In this document: positions 1 to 12,114 of the stretch, in pieces
How the letters are laid out: every line of letters begins with the position of its first letter
Numbering within the stretch: position 1 is the first letter of the stretch
NCBI GenBank assembly: GCA_036785375.1
Contig: JAWMAR010000240.1
Span: forward strand, 1,302,001-1,366,000
Reading direction: 5' to 3'
Length of the DNA stretch: 64,000 nucleotides
DNA from: Leucoraja ocellata
Lineage: Eukaryota
Position numbers and translations under genes: made by a program
Notes under the pieces: model-generated
The model's input: the letters and a program-made list of their open reading frames with translations, nothing else
What the model was told of the DNA's origin: nothing
Databases searched by the model: none

Positions 1-230
1 TGTGAAATATATCAGTCACTGTTGTTTTGTAATTTAATTAATACAATCTTATTGAACATGCTAATTCCATGTATTACTACTACCTTGTTGAATGCCTGGC
101 ACGTTGGTCTGGATTTTCGTGATTTTCGTACATTTGCTGGTTTCTGAGGGCGAGGAATTCTCATTGTTCTTAACAACTGTAGTTCCTGGGTGGTTGTGTT
201 TGGGGTGGGGTTTAGGGCTCTGGCATGCAT

Positions 231-279
231 GGGGGGGTGGGGGGGGGGGGGGGGGGGGGAGGGTGGGGTGGGGGGAGGG
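231..279 (+). repeat. Poly-G / G-rich tract
   Basis: Near-continuous G runs (ggggggg t ggggggggggggggggggggg a gggtggggtgggggg). Confidence 0.9.
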
Positions 280-2064
280 ATAGTGAGGAATGTGGCAACG
301 CTAGATGGCCAATCCGAAATATGGCAGTGTGAAGCTAGATCTTTACGGCTGCCTGTGTCTTTGCCTAGAAACTGAGTACCTTTTCTTCCCTTATTCAGCT
401 ACCAGTTCTGGGAAAAGCCAAAAGGGAAACATTTAGATTGGAAGGTCTTTGAAATGTGGTGACAGTTGACTGATGAGCATCCATAAAATGACAAAGAATT
501 GTTGTGTGTAGCCTGTGCATCACATAGCTTCTCCCTGGGAAACTAATTGCTTTGAATTGTTAATGGTAACATTATTTTTCTGGCAATCATTTCTTTAGAA
601 TACGCAAAATGAGCATGAAACAGCTCTTTTGACTGGACATAAAAGTTAAATGTCCCAATGTTGATCAAATTAACTTCAGCTATGTGACAATGGACTATAT
701 ATGTGAGACAATAATGGCAGGGACAAAGAGCTGCTTTATGCCAAGATTTCACAGTTGTAATGTAAAATGTTGCAGTTGAACTAGGCCAGAGACATTCAAA
801 AGGCAAACAGAGGAGTACTGTCACTTTTTAGAAATCCAGTTACACGGACCTGAATGCGCAGGACAATTTCAGGAAGTTTCAATGGTTGGCACAGCAAAGA
901 AAACAGTGATCCTGGATTGGACTGCGACCAGGATTATCACACAGAGCAAAATAAGACACAGGTGAAAAGCAGCACGTTACTTTGCTAAATTAATTTTCCA
1001 AGTTTATAGACCGCTATCATTGTAAAATGGTTTTTAAAATATTTGAAAAATGTAGTTAAAAGCAAAATGCAGAAATTCGACTATAATATATATTTGCCAT
1101 TTTATGCGTTCAGTCGTTCAAGCAGACTGTTACATTGAAGGCAGCATGACAGAGGTGCTTAAAATGCTGCCTTCAAGACTGTTTATGTACACTCTAACAG
1201 TGAGAAGCACTTTGGTGTTAAAATGCTGTTCTTACGCACAAGTTTAAAGGCACAAGGAAAGACAATCGCTCCCTTTTGAATGGGGTTAAAGCTGCCCCCT
1301 GTTCATGCAGATAAGTGATTCAAAAGCCCAGCTTGAAACTGCTCTTGTGCGATTATCTGACACCACATAGCTACTGTAGCCCTGCTGGAAATGTAGCTCT
1401 ACACTGCTTTTCAGAGAGATTAAAGTTGAAAAAGAGGTTTACACCATAGATGCTCTCACTTTCTCTCTCCTACTGTCGGCAGGAGTAGTGATGAACAATG
1501 GCCAAAGATGGTTCCCAAAACCTTCTGAATGGCTACACTGTTGGTGGCAGCATTCATTCAAACTCAGCCTAGTGTATTGTCCCCTCTATCAGTGGATCAG
1601 AATAGAGTTTGCTGGTGGCTGCCAAAAGGTTAGCTGCACTGATGAAAGGAGTTTCCCATTATTCACTGCTCTACAGAGCTTTCCCATTATGTCTCCCTGC
1701 CACTGTTCGTGATGGAGGTCCGGATGTGTGGCTGGATGATCAGTCAGAATAATTGATTTGTGCAAATGAAGCCCACAATAGTTGCACAACATAAAATCTA
1801 CTCTCCTCTAAGACAAATGAATTTGCCAGTTCTGGCACTGTCACAATCTAATGATATACATTACAAACATTCAGGCCCAAAAGTGAAAAACACTACAAAC
1901 TTCCCAGTACATTGTGGGAGGTCCTAACTGGGAGGCCATTTGTTAAAAGACAGCATCATGTTTTAAATCTGTCAATTCATCTTTTTACATTTGCTTCAAC
2001 AATTTTACTTGGAAATACTTCCTGATACAATTACATCGTTACACATTCTCTCAGGAAACAAGGA

Positions 2065-2250
2065 GATTGTAGTTCTGGATTTTTTCAAGTGAGTTAGATA
2101 TAGCTCTTAGGACTAACAAAAACAAGAGATATGGGGAGAAAGCAGGAACAGGGTACTGATTTAGGATGATCAGCCATGATCATATTGAATGTCAGTGCTG
2201 GCTGGAAGGGCCAAATGGCCTACTCCTGCACCTATTGTCTATGTTTCTGC
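2065..2250 (+). mobile_element. CR1 (HER1-like) LINE 3' end fragment
   Basis: 3'UTR motif gatgatcagccatgatcatattgaatg...gggccaaatggcctactcctgcacctattgtctatgtttct, shared with many copies in the window. Confidence 0.85.
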
Positions 2251-2621
2251 ATCCCTCTACCTCAGTCATTACTTAATGACTGGAAGCTTCTATACAACTT
2301 GCACCACAATTTTACAACCGTCTGTCCTCTGCACCATCACCATCACCAAAGACTAATGTTGTGATTTCAGAGCTTTCTCTGGGATCAGGAAAGCCAATAC
2401 ACAAATGATCACCGAGAGGAGACATTGTATGGCTGACTCATTAAACTGGAAAGCTGAATGTGAACACGGGGCTGTATACCAAATTGGCTTTAGATTCCCA
2501 TTGATGGAAAACAGACGATTGTCTGGTCAGTTAATTTATTGTTTTTCAGTGCAAATCCTACCAGGTGTCTGGTACAAGTCTGCAGCGACAAGCCGATCTT
2601 GACATGCTCCGGTAGTCTTTT

Positions 2622-2780
2622 GCTGTGGTGCAGTGGTAGAGATATTGCCTTACAGCACCAGAGACCCGGGTTTGATCCTGACTACGGGTGCTGTATGTAT
2701 TGAGTTTGTACATTCTCCCCATGACCCGCATAGGTCTTCTCTGATATGTTCGGTTTCTTCCCACACTCCAAAGACTGGCT
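2622..2780 (+). mobile_element. HE1-type tRNA-derived SINE, partial
   Basis: A box tggtgcagtgg, B-box-like ggtttgatcc, conserved ctacgggtgctgt...ttctcccc body. Confidence 0.8.
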
Positions 2781-3168
2781 TAAAGTTTTCTATTTCTTGC
2801 TTTGTAAATAGAAGGTGTTACTCAGTGTGAGAAATATTTAGATAACAGAATCTAACAGGAATTGTATTCCTGTGCATATAATCTATATTACTAAAAGTCT
2901 GATTTTGACCACTTCCTGTTGTTCTGGATAGTGATTTTTGAAAAAAAAGTGCTGCCACTTACGGCTGTGATTGTTGGCCATCTTACTCCCTCTGTCCCCC
3001 TCCGCTGAGCAGGACAAGAGGATTTTTCCCATCGATTAAAAATAAAAGAGTTATTAGTGTTTAAAAAATGTTGAGAATCTCTCTCCTGAAGGCCACACCC
3101 CTTCTGGAGTGACTATAATACCCAGAAGTGTTGAGTGCCTCAGTCAGTCTCTGCAAGATGGGGGAAGC

Positions 3169-4609
3169 GAGTCTTTTACTGATGGTTTATTATAATCACT
3201 AACACACACTATGCAATAGCTGTCCGTGGTCATCACTGGAGCTAGAGAGCGGGCTGGAGGTGGGGACCTTACAATTATACGAGAGACAATGGGGAGTGGT
3301 TAGTAGTGGTGAGGTCACTATGTTAAAGGAACATGCACTGATCTACATCCCTCCTCTTAGAAACAAAAGCATGGCAATACACAGAGCGACCACGGCTCAT
3401 ACGCTAGGATTACAAACCGCGCCGGGAACAGTTAATCGTGTCATAACACATAGTGTGTGTTAGTGATTATAATAAACCATCAGTAAAAGACTCTGTGTAG
3501 GAATCAAGTCATTTTACATGGTGTCACAGCGGTAGACCCGCGTCTCCTGTTTATCGGTTTTCTTTTTATTCTTTGCTTTCTCCCAGTTGTTCCCGCCTCC
3601 CTCCCCCCCCCGTTTTCATGATGTCCAACTCCTGTCGTCGACCCAACACGTTGGTCTTTGACACGGACATTGTCCACCGCTGGACTTTGTTCCAGCGCGA
3701 CTTTGAACATTACATAGCCATCGCTCATCCTGATGCCACCCCTGCTGTACAGGCTCACCTGCTGCTCAACCTCGCTGGCCCGGAGGCCATGGATCACTAT
3801 GCTTCATTCGACTTCGCCCCCGGTGAGGACCATCGGGACCGGGTATGTCTCATGGCTAAATTCACTGCCCTCTGTGATATCCCTACCAATAACATTATTG
3901 AGCGCTTTAAATTCTTCCAGAGGCGGCAGATTCCTGGCGAGCATATTGACGCTTTTATTGCCTCTTTGCGTCATATGGCTCGGCGCTGTTGCCTTGAAAT
4001 GATCTCCACGGACGAATTGATCAGGGATGTCCTGGTCAATGGTCTCCTGAACGCTAAGCTGCGTGACGAGCTGCTCATGAAACCCGATTTGACCCCCATG
4101 CATGCTGCCCGTATGGCCTCTGCTGTTGGCTCCATGTCTCAACCGGTGTCCCAGGACATTAACTTTACCGGTGCAGCTGGCCGCCAGCGGAACGCTGGTC
4201 CGCCACGACGAAACCCCGCTGCTCTGCCTGCTAAGGTCACAACCACCCCACGCTGTTGCCCCAATTGTAATTTTTCTTCTCATCAATTCAACGTTTGCCC
4301 CGCGCAGGGTAAGACGTAATTCCTGTGGCAAACTGAACCATTTTTCGGCGGCTTGTCGGTCCCGTGGGAAGCCGGTCCCTGCTCCAAGGAGGAATTTAAA
4401 CAACCTTGCAGACCCTAATAGCGCGCTTGGTTCCCAGTACCAGTCGGATGAACTCCCAGACTCTGATACGAGCTCCTCCCATGGTGATTCAACGGTGTTT
4501 TCGCTTTTGGGTGCACCTGCTACGATAACAGATCCCTCTGTGCATGTTACTGTAAAATGACTTGATTCCTACACAGAGTCTTTTACTGATGGTTTATTAT
4601 AATCACTAA
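3169..4609. mobile_element. Rearranged Gypsy LTR retrotransposon fragment (LTR pieces, PPT, PBS, gag)
   Basis: Minus strand: PPT ctaagaggaggga (3348-3360) then TGTAGATC LTR start at 3347. Plus strand: LTR end ...TTTTACA at 3518 followed by PBS-like TGGTGTCA. Second inverted LTR end at 4551-4609. Confidence 0.85.
3617..4550 (+). pseudogene. Gypsy gag ORF, frameshifted and truncated
   Basis: WTLFQRDFEHY...LLNLAG...ERFKFFQRRQIPGEHIDAFIASLRHMARRC...LIRDVLVNGL; zinc knuckles CPNC...H...CPAQGKT/(C)NSCGKLNHFSAAC split by a frameshift near 4316. Confidence 0.85.
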
Positions 4610-4610
4610 T

Positions 4611-4830
4611 AGCCCTTTTTCACGGGGCGACTTGACGCAAGATGTAGCCAGAGTGGAGTGGTCGTGGTCTAGCACGATATCACACGATATAACGGGGGTA
4701 GAGTAAAGAGTTCCCACGGTACTCGGCAATTCTGTAATTTTTGCGAGTGACTTGTCCGTCTCCCGATCTTTCCCGTTAATCGTGAATGAACATCGTGGAC
4801 TGTAGTGTAGTTAATCACGTGGCACAAATG
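4611..4830. mobile_element. Harbinger-type DNA transposon terminal fragment
   Basis: Starts agccctttttcacggggcgacttgac, resembling the TIR at 17175 (aacccctgtctcacggtgagagttgac). Confidence 0.45.
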
Positions 4831-7099
4831 ATGTTACTTCTGTGTCTCACATTGACCGTGATGATTGTGTTATTTTATGATCTACTGAGAGGTGAAACTT
4901 TCAGTCTGAAGAAGGCTCTCGACCCGAAACGCCACCCGTTCCTTCTCTCCAGAGATGCTGCCTGTCCCGCTGAGTTGCTCCAAGCAACTGGTGTCTATCT
5001 TCAAAGGACTGACCAGGACTGCCTCTCTCTCTCTCTCTCTCTCCCTGCCTCCCTCTCACACAGGCATGACTGGAGGAACTCCGCGGGCCAGGCAGCATTT
5101 ACGGAGGGAAATGGACAGGCGACCCATTCTTCAGGCTGCCTTATGTCTCTCTCCCCCCCCTCCCCCCAACTCCCACCCACACACACGAATGCTGGAGAAA
5201 CTCAGCGGGTGCAGCGGGGCCGAAACGTTGTCTATTTCCTTCATTCCATAGATGCTGCTGCACCCGCGGAGTTTCTCCAGAATTCGCATGTGTGGGTGGG
5301 AGTTGGGGGGGGGAGAGAGACATAAGGCAGCCTGAAGAATGGGTCCAGAAATGCTAAAGCTGTGTTGCCTAATTAAAGTTACCTTCCCTAATTAAAGTTG
5401 CCATGCCTAATTAAAGTTGCCTTGCCTTCTATATAATTAAAAGTCTAATCTTGACCATTTCCTGTTTGCGCTTTATATTGATTTTAGAAAAAACGCTACC
5501 ACGTACGGCTGTGATTTTTGGCCATCTTACTCAGTCCCCCTCCGCTCATCAGGAGCCGAGAATTTTTCCCATCGATGAAAAATAAAAGAGTTATTAGTGT
5601 TTAAAAAATTTTGAGATTCTCTCTCTGGTCAATCATGCCATGAAGGCCGTGCCCCTCCTGGTGGGAGGGGGGAGGGACTATAAAACCCAGAACTGTGGGC
5701 ATGGCTCAGTCTCTGCAAGATGGAGGGAGAGGTCATGACTCACTGTCTTTAGTGGCCTTGCACCCTGCTTGAAATTGTATGAAACTGCACTTGAATTTGG
5801 TGGCCTTGCACCCTGCTTGAAATGGAATTTCAAGGAATAGCCATAAGTCAACTGCCAGCCCACCAGCTTTGAGTGAGTGAGCTGCCAGCACAACAGGCTT
5901 GAGTGACTGAGCCGCCAGCCCAAGAATCCATTCGGCCCACAATGTCCATACTAGCCCTCTGGAAACCAGTCCTTTCAGCCACAACACCCATACTAGCGCT
6001 CCAGAAAGCCCCCCCCCCCCCCCCCCCACTGGCCACCAATATTGGAATTGGTGGAGAGGTGGAATATTGCGTTGGGGAACCAGCCCTCTCATGTAATGCT
6101 GGGACCCAACGGGTCCTACTTAGTCTTGATATAAATATATTCCTCACAAGGCAAGGACATTTTCAATGTTTCTGACAAGGTCGATGGAGAGCAGGCAAGT
6201 GGTCAAAAGTCCAGTCATTGCCAGTTACTCATCTTAACACCACTGGTTTTGATGTGGGAAAAAGTATATAAAAAAAATAAATGTTTATGAGTAAATTCTG
6301 GTGAAAGACTGGTTTAGGCTTGGCCTGACGTTGTCACTAATGTCCTTCTTAGTGATACCAGGCCTTCTGACAGGAAAAGCTCTTCAGCTAATTATGTTCC
6401 AACAGAGTCGGGAAGGAAAATATGGTCCCCCCCTAAGTAACAGACTCCACTGTATTGCACTGTGCCTAGTTACTCTCCATCTCGCCAACTAGTTGCTGAG
6501 CCCCTCTTATTTGCGTGTGTAAAATATAGTCGGGACTTGCAGTAAAGCAGACTGAAACTTATGCAAGTGGGTCACTTGGTTCTTGCCCTGCAAATCCCTT
6601 TACCTATCTACTATGTACCTGCACCAAACCCAGTGAAACCCAATTTTCATTTGCATGTCAAATCTTGGTGATAACACAGAAGCATTAAAACCAAATGCAA
6701 TGTACATGTGATCAGAATGTTGTGATAACATTTCAGTTCATTTTCAATCCATAAATCAATGAAGATCGTGACCGTTTGTGCATCACATAATTGATCAATG
6801 TTTGAGTTGTGTTTTGTGCCTGTAATTGTATTGTGCCTTGATGTCCGCGTGTGATCTGTGAAGAAAACCACTGGGGCAGGAGGACTACACTGCAACATGG
6901 TGAATCAACATTTAGTTTACATGTAGTGACTTTGATCCAGTTCAAACACAAATACCGTGAACAAGGTGCAAGTCAAAAACTAATCAAGCACCTGTAAACA
7001 CACAGAATGGAAATCTCAAATTAAATCAGAAAATGCGTAAAATACGTAATCAGGCTGCATTTGTTGGAAGAGAATCAGAGCTCATGCTTCAGTACAAAA

Positions 7100-8640
7100 T
7101 ATATCAGAATAAAGCCTAAAACTTACAACAAGCCAAAGAAATTTCCTTTATTATACAGGTGCACAACCTTTTATCCGGTGTTCCGGAAACCGAAAAACTC
7201 CGAAAACCGGCCATTTTTTCCCAGGATGTCGTCTGCACACCAAAGCTCGCGTTTGGTGCCAAACTTGACCCGAAGCGACCCACGGTCAACCCAGATCTGT
7301 ACTACTGTTGCGGCTGCCTCCTCCCCAGAGACCGGGGAGACACTTAAACATCTGTAAATCATTGCTTAAATGTTAGTCAGTTAGTTTGGAGGACTTTTAT
7401 GTAAAGGGGGGGGGGGGGGGGGTTGAAGGGGTAAACTTTAATTCTTAGTCCCCTACCTGGTCGGAGAGGCGGGGAGCGGTCAATGCCTTACCGGGTCGCC
7501 GTGCAGTAAGCTCCGCAGCGCTGTGGCTGGTGGGGCTGCGGGCGGCGCCGGTTGTAGCTCCAACCCCGGCAACTCTACCCCTGGCTGCGAGGCGCTCCAA
7601 ATCCAGCGCCGCCCGCGAACGGACGCCCGCAGCCCCAGCTCCGCAAATATTGGGAGTCGGCGGCGTCGCAGCGCTGGGATACCAGCGGGAAGCGGGCAAT
7701 GCCTTACCGGGTCGCTGTGCGGTAAGCTCCAGGGCGCTGAGGCCGCCTTCTCCCAACGTTCGCGGAGCTGGGGCTGCGGGCATACGGCCGCGGGCGGCGC
7801 TGGATTTGGAGCGCCTCGCAGCCAGGGGTCGAGTTGCCGGGGTCGGAGCTACAACCGGCGCCGCCCGCGGCCGGACGGAGCCCCCAGCTCCGCGATGTTG
7901 GGAGTCGCCGACCAGGTAGGGGACTAAGAATTAAAGTTTACCCCTTCACCCACCCACCCCACCACCACCACATAAAATCCCTCCAAACTAACTGACTACC
8001 ATTTATGCAATGATTTACAATGATTCCCCGGTCTCCGGGGAGGAGGCAGTCGCTCCAGACTTTTCAAGCCGCCCGCGCTACCTACCTAATCTACGCTAAA
8101 AATCTTCCATTCGGAAATCCGAAAATGTCCGAAATCCGACAAGTGTCTGGTCCCAAGGCTTTCGGATAAAAGGTTGTGCACCTGTAGTATAATAATTGGG
8201 AAAAAATTAATATTAAAATTTTGGGAAAACCCAACAACCCCCACAATTAAAATGTGGATTATGGAGATGTCTGAGACCTTACACTTAGAAAAAAATTAGA
8301 CTTGTCTTAATTGACAAACCAGAATTATTTGCTAGAATATGGTCTCCATTTATTGATTTTCTGATAGGGTAAATTGGTCCAGCACGGAAGCTTGACTGAA
8401 ACTTGAATCCAGGATTGGATGAATAGTTACACCATATAATCTATGGACCTATCTCCAAAATTGTGTAATTGGTCATTTCTCTTATTTTTTTTCTCTTTTT
8501 TCCCCCTCCTTTCTTTCTATAGCTCTCTTTAAAAAATCTATTAAAAAAAATAAACAAATATAAGCTATGTTAATATGTAATTGATAAACAAATTGTGTTT
8601 TGGTTATGGCATGTATATGCTTCTAATAAAAATATTAAAG
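7100..8640 (+). mobile_element. L1-clade LINE 3' end (ORF2 C-terminus + 3'UTR), interrupted by a Tigger-like MITE
   Basis: Joining the flanks gives ...KKLILKFWENPTTPTIKMWIMEMSETLHLEK(fs)IRLVLIDKPELFARIWSPFIDFL, typical of fish L1 ORF2 ends; aataaa and an A-rich tail lie near 8625. Confidence 0.7.
7156..8184. mobile_element. Tc1/mariner (Tigger/pogo-like) non-autonomous MITE
   Basis: Perfect TIRs CAGGTGCACAACCTTTTATCCG / CGGATAAAAGGTTGTGCACCTG with TA on both sides; GC-rich interior with internal inverted and direct repeats. Confidence 0.92.
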
Positions 8641-9264
8641 AAATATTAAAAATATATATTTCCAGTATTTAAAAAAAATATTAATCAGGCACCTGACTGG
8701 CTGAGGAAAAGCCTGAAGTGTACTCAAAGATTTGACAAACTCCATTAACTAACTCCAACTGGATGGAAGTAATTTGAATTATATTCTCTGGACAATTGAA
8801 ATGTTATAGATCCATAGAGTCATAGAATCAAGCAGCACTGAAACAGGACCTTTGGCCCATCGTGTCCATCCTAATCATGTAATACCCATCCGTACTAATC
8901 CTGTCCACCGGCACTTGGTCCATAGCCTTCTGTGTCTTGATAATTCAATGTACCCATCCATCTACTTTTTAAATGTTTTGTTATTCATTTAATTATTAAT
9001 ATTCCAAGGTGGGTTTGCTGCTTTTTGCATTACATCATTTTTAAATTAAAATAAATATTGGTAGAGTGGTAATACAATTATGGAAATCCGATTCAAAACT
9101 TTGAAGACTGGTGCCAAATAATCGCCCCAATTATTTAAAAAAATGTCTTGTTGCAATTTTGCATTAGAACTCAAATAAACTTCCACGGCAGTGGAGCTAA
9201 TCCTTAAAGGGAAGGTGTTCAACCTGCCAAAACTACTCACCACAAGCAAGGCTACCTGACCTTC

Positions 9265-9470
9265 ATAAGTTATAGGAGCAGAATTAAGCATTCAGCCCTT
9301 CAAGTCTACTCCGCCATTCAATCATGGCTGATCTATCTATCTCTCCCTCTCAACCCCATTCTCCTGCCTTCTCCCCATAACCACTGACTACTCAAGAATC
9401 TATCTATCTCTGTCTTAAAAATATCCATTAACTTGGCCTGCACAGCCTCCTGTGACAATGAATTCCACAA
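9265..9470 (-). mobile_element. CR1 LINE 3' end fragment
   Basis: Reverse complement of the CR1 3'UTR (ccgccattcaatcatggctgatc...ccccattctcctgccttctcccc). Confidence 0.8.
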
Positions 9471-9479
9471 AGTGTAATG

Positions 9480-9770
9480 ACCTTCAATGCACGCACTGCA
9501 GAATGAAGATGATGCTTATGTTTCCACACATTCAGAGGCTGATCTGCAATCCTTCCTAAACTCGTTGATCAAAGTATATGAGAGGATGGATCCTGATATT
9601 GCAAACCCACAACCCTCAGTGGAGTCAGACATTGATGATGAAATCGCCATTGTCTTCAATGTGCTGTCACAGTTTTTGGTTGATTGTGGAAAAAGAGTAT
9701 TTGATGATAAAGACCTTAGACGTGGCATAGAACATATAGTGTTACAGGCAGCAGTGAGGCCTCTATTATT
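9480..9770 (+). mobile_element. RTE-clade LINE RT fragment, decayed
   Basis: LQNEDDAYVSTHSEADLQSFLN resembles the RTE LQYADD...HSEADLQ motif; IDDEI follows downstream. Confidence 0.55.
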
Positions 9771-9774
9771 GGCT

Positions 9775-10710
9775 TTCCTGAACACCTTCGCTCAGTCCAC
9801 TTGGGCCTACGTGATCTCCTGATTGCTAAACTCTTTAACTACCCCTCCCATTCCCACACTGACCTTTCTGTCCTGGGCCTCCTCCACTGTCACGGTGAGG
9901 CCACATGCAAATTGGAGGAACAGCACCTCATATTTCGCTTGGGCAGCTTACAACACAGCAGTATGGCTTTTGATTTCGCTAACTTCAAGTAACCCTTGCT
10001 TTCCCTCACTCCGTCTCTCCCTCACCTTAGTTCTCGCTAGAATTTAGAAGATTGAGGGGGGATCTTATAGAAACTTACAAAATTCTTAAGGGGTTGGACA
10101 GGCTAGATGCAGGAAGATTGTTCCCGATGTTGGGGAAGTCCAGGACAAGGGGTCACAGTTTAAGGATAAAGGGGAAATCCTTTAGGACCGAGATGAGAAA
10201 AACATTTTTCACACAGAGAGTGGTGAATCTGTGGAACTCTCTGCTACAGAAGGTAGTTGAGGCCAGTTCATTGGCTATATTTAAGAGGGATTTAGATGTG
10301 GCCCTTGTGGCTAAAGGGATCAGGGGGTATGGAGAGAAGGCAGGTACAGGATACTGTTGGATGATCAGGCATGATCATATTGAATGGCGGTGCAGGCTCG
10401 AGGGGCCAAATGGCCTACTCCTGCACCTATTTTCTATGTTTCTATGTTTGACTCATTTCAATCCTGATTAATTGTACTGTTTGTATGCCTCGTTGTCACC
10501 TTCCCCTCAGCCAACAATGAACTGTTCTATATTTCCCTGACACTATCTGCTTTGATATGTCATTTTCACACCTTGCCCTTCCATATCTCTAGTTTCCTTC
10601 TCCCCTGACTCTCAGTCTCAAGAATGGTCTTGATCCGAAACATCACCCATTCCTTCTCTGCAGCGATGCTGCTGTCCCACTGGTGAATGTGTTGTCCAGC
10701 ATTTTGTGTC
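9775..10710 (+). mobile_element. Penelope-like element (GIY-YIG C-terminus + terminal repeat), interrupted by CR1
   Basis: SHSHTDLSVLGLLHCHGEATCKLEEQHLIFRLGSL...DFANFK; the 3' part resumes at ~10450 and ends in the gaagaagggtctcgacccgaaac-type repeat. Confidence 0.8.
10037..10447 (+). mobile_element. CR1 LINE 3' fragment, well preserved
   Basis: LRGDLIETYKILKGLDRLDAGRLFPMLGKSRTRGHSLRI...FFTQRVVNLWNSL; tail tttctatgtttctatg. Confidence 0.92.
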
Positions 10711-11519
10711 TATTTTTTACATGCTATATGGAGATGTACTACTGAAAGAAGGCACCTGAACGGACTGCAAGCACCTTTGCTGTCTTTGCAAATTCTTTGA
10801 AATTTGTAGGCAGAATAAGCAAGCTTTGACCTCTCATAGTCCCTCATCCCCAGTATGGAGTCCAACATACACACATTTAACTTCATAAGGCAGGTCACAT
10901 CATTCACATGCCTGATGCAAAAGTCCCAAAGCATATATGTAGGAAGGAGCTGCAGATGCTGGTTTAAATGGAAGATAGACACAAAATGTTGGAGCAACTC
11001 TGGAGGGAAGGAATGGGTGAGAGGGAGATACATAGATAAGGAAGTGAATGGTGTGAAAACAGGATAAAAGTGGTGGAGATCCATCCCTAAGCACGTTCTA
11101 TTCTGAGTTCTGTTTTGGGTAGAGGTTATCAGGCAAACAGAGGAAAGATTGCCGAAAGATTGAGGCAAAGAGTGAGATTTTCTGGGTCTTCACCTCTTGG
11201 AGTTCCTCCCTCACATCCACTACGTTGACAGCAGAAGAAGCAGATTCTGCAATTTCATCACAATTCCCACTAACTTGCTTTCTGAACCCCTTTGAGGACA
11301 ATGAATCTTTCCTTCCTCTGGCTTCACAATTTGCAACTCTTCAATCCTTTAGTCTAACAACAACTTTTCAACTCTGGCCTTTGTCCAACCACCTGCCCTC
11401 ATCTGTGTGTGACGTGCAGGCCCTTCGGCCAGAAGGAAGGACCGGCGTGCCGTGGCCTATAGAGGGAGACGCCGAGCCGACCCCTGCTGGTCCCCCGAGA
11501 TCCAGAGAAATGGAGAGGA

Positions 11520-12075
11520 GGAATGGAATTGAATACTTTCTTGTCACATGTGACGTCAAAGTGAAATTCTTTGGTTGCATACCCAAGTTATGCAAAGAGT
11601 CGCCCATAAAGGACACCTACAAAGTTACAAAGTACAAAGTACCCCACACCAGGTCACCCTTTGTTCTCCCCCCCCATCACGGCTGTCCCCCCCCCCCCTC
11701 CTTTGTTCCTCCCCTCGGCAGTGACGTCCTCACTCCCACGTGGTCCGTCCTCGTCTGGTGTCATCATCGACCGCCACACCGTCCTCTCAATTAACGCCGC
11801 GTCCTCTCTGGACCCCTCCATGGCGCTGACCCAGGCCTCAGCCTCGGGCTCCGCAGACCCAGGGGCTGTTGGCTGTTGGCCGCGGGCTTCGTCGAGGGAA
11901 TTTGCCACAGCAGATGTAAAAACAAGGGCGGGTAAGAGAGGGAGCCGGGATCTTACCTTCCAGCCCTCAAAGTCAGCTGAGTTGGGCTCCACTCCAGAAG
12001 ACTGAGCATGAAGACGGGACGGGACATTAAAAATGACGCCAAAACCTGGCGATTCTTGCACGCAGCCTCAGTGGA
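11520..12075 (-). mobile_element. GC-rich non-autonomous retroposon fragment (same family as 27070-27360)
   Basis: Shared end gaatact..ttgtcacatgtgac..cagtgaaattcttt..ttgcatac at 11531 and 27081. Confidence 0.55.
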
Positions 12076-12114
12076 CTATTTCTGTGCAATTTCTACTAAT
12101 CGGGGATTGGCAAT

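Larger units (their letters stand above)
2882..6128 (+). mobile_element. Non-autonomous Helitron-like composite (two 5' ends at 2882 and 5428; 3' hairpin end at ~6128), interrupted by Gypsy and Harbinger fragments
   Basis: A|TCTATAT...AAAAGTCT start repeated at 2882 and 5428 with ~290 bp homology; hairpin gggaccc-aac-gggtcct 6101-6117 followed 11 nt later by CTTG (CTRR-like). Confidence 0.6.

Noticed and set aside
7445-7927. Overlapping 112-134 aa GC-rich ORFs
   Set aside because: Low-complexity Ala/Arg/Gly frames on both strands inside a palindromic MITE; an artefact of GC content.
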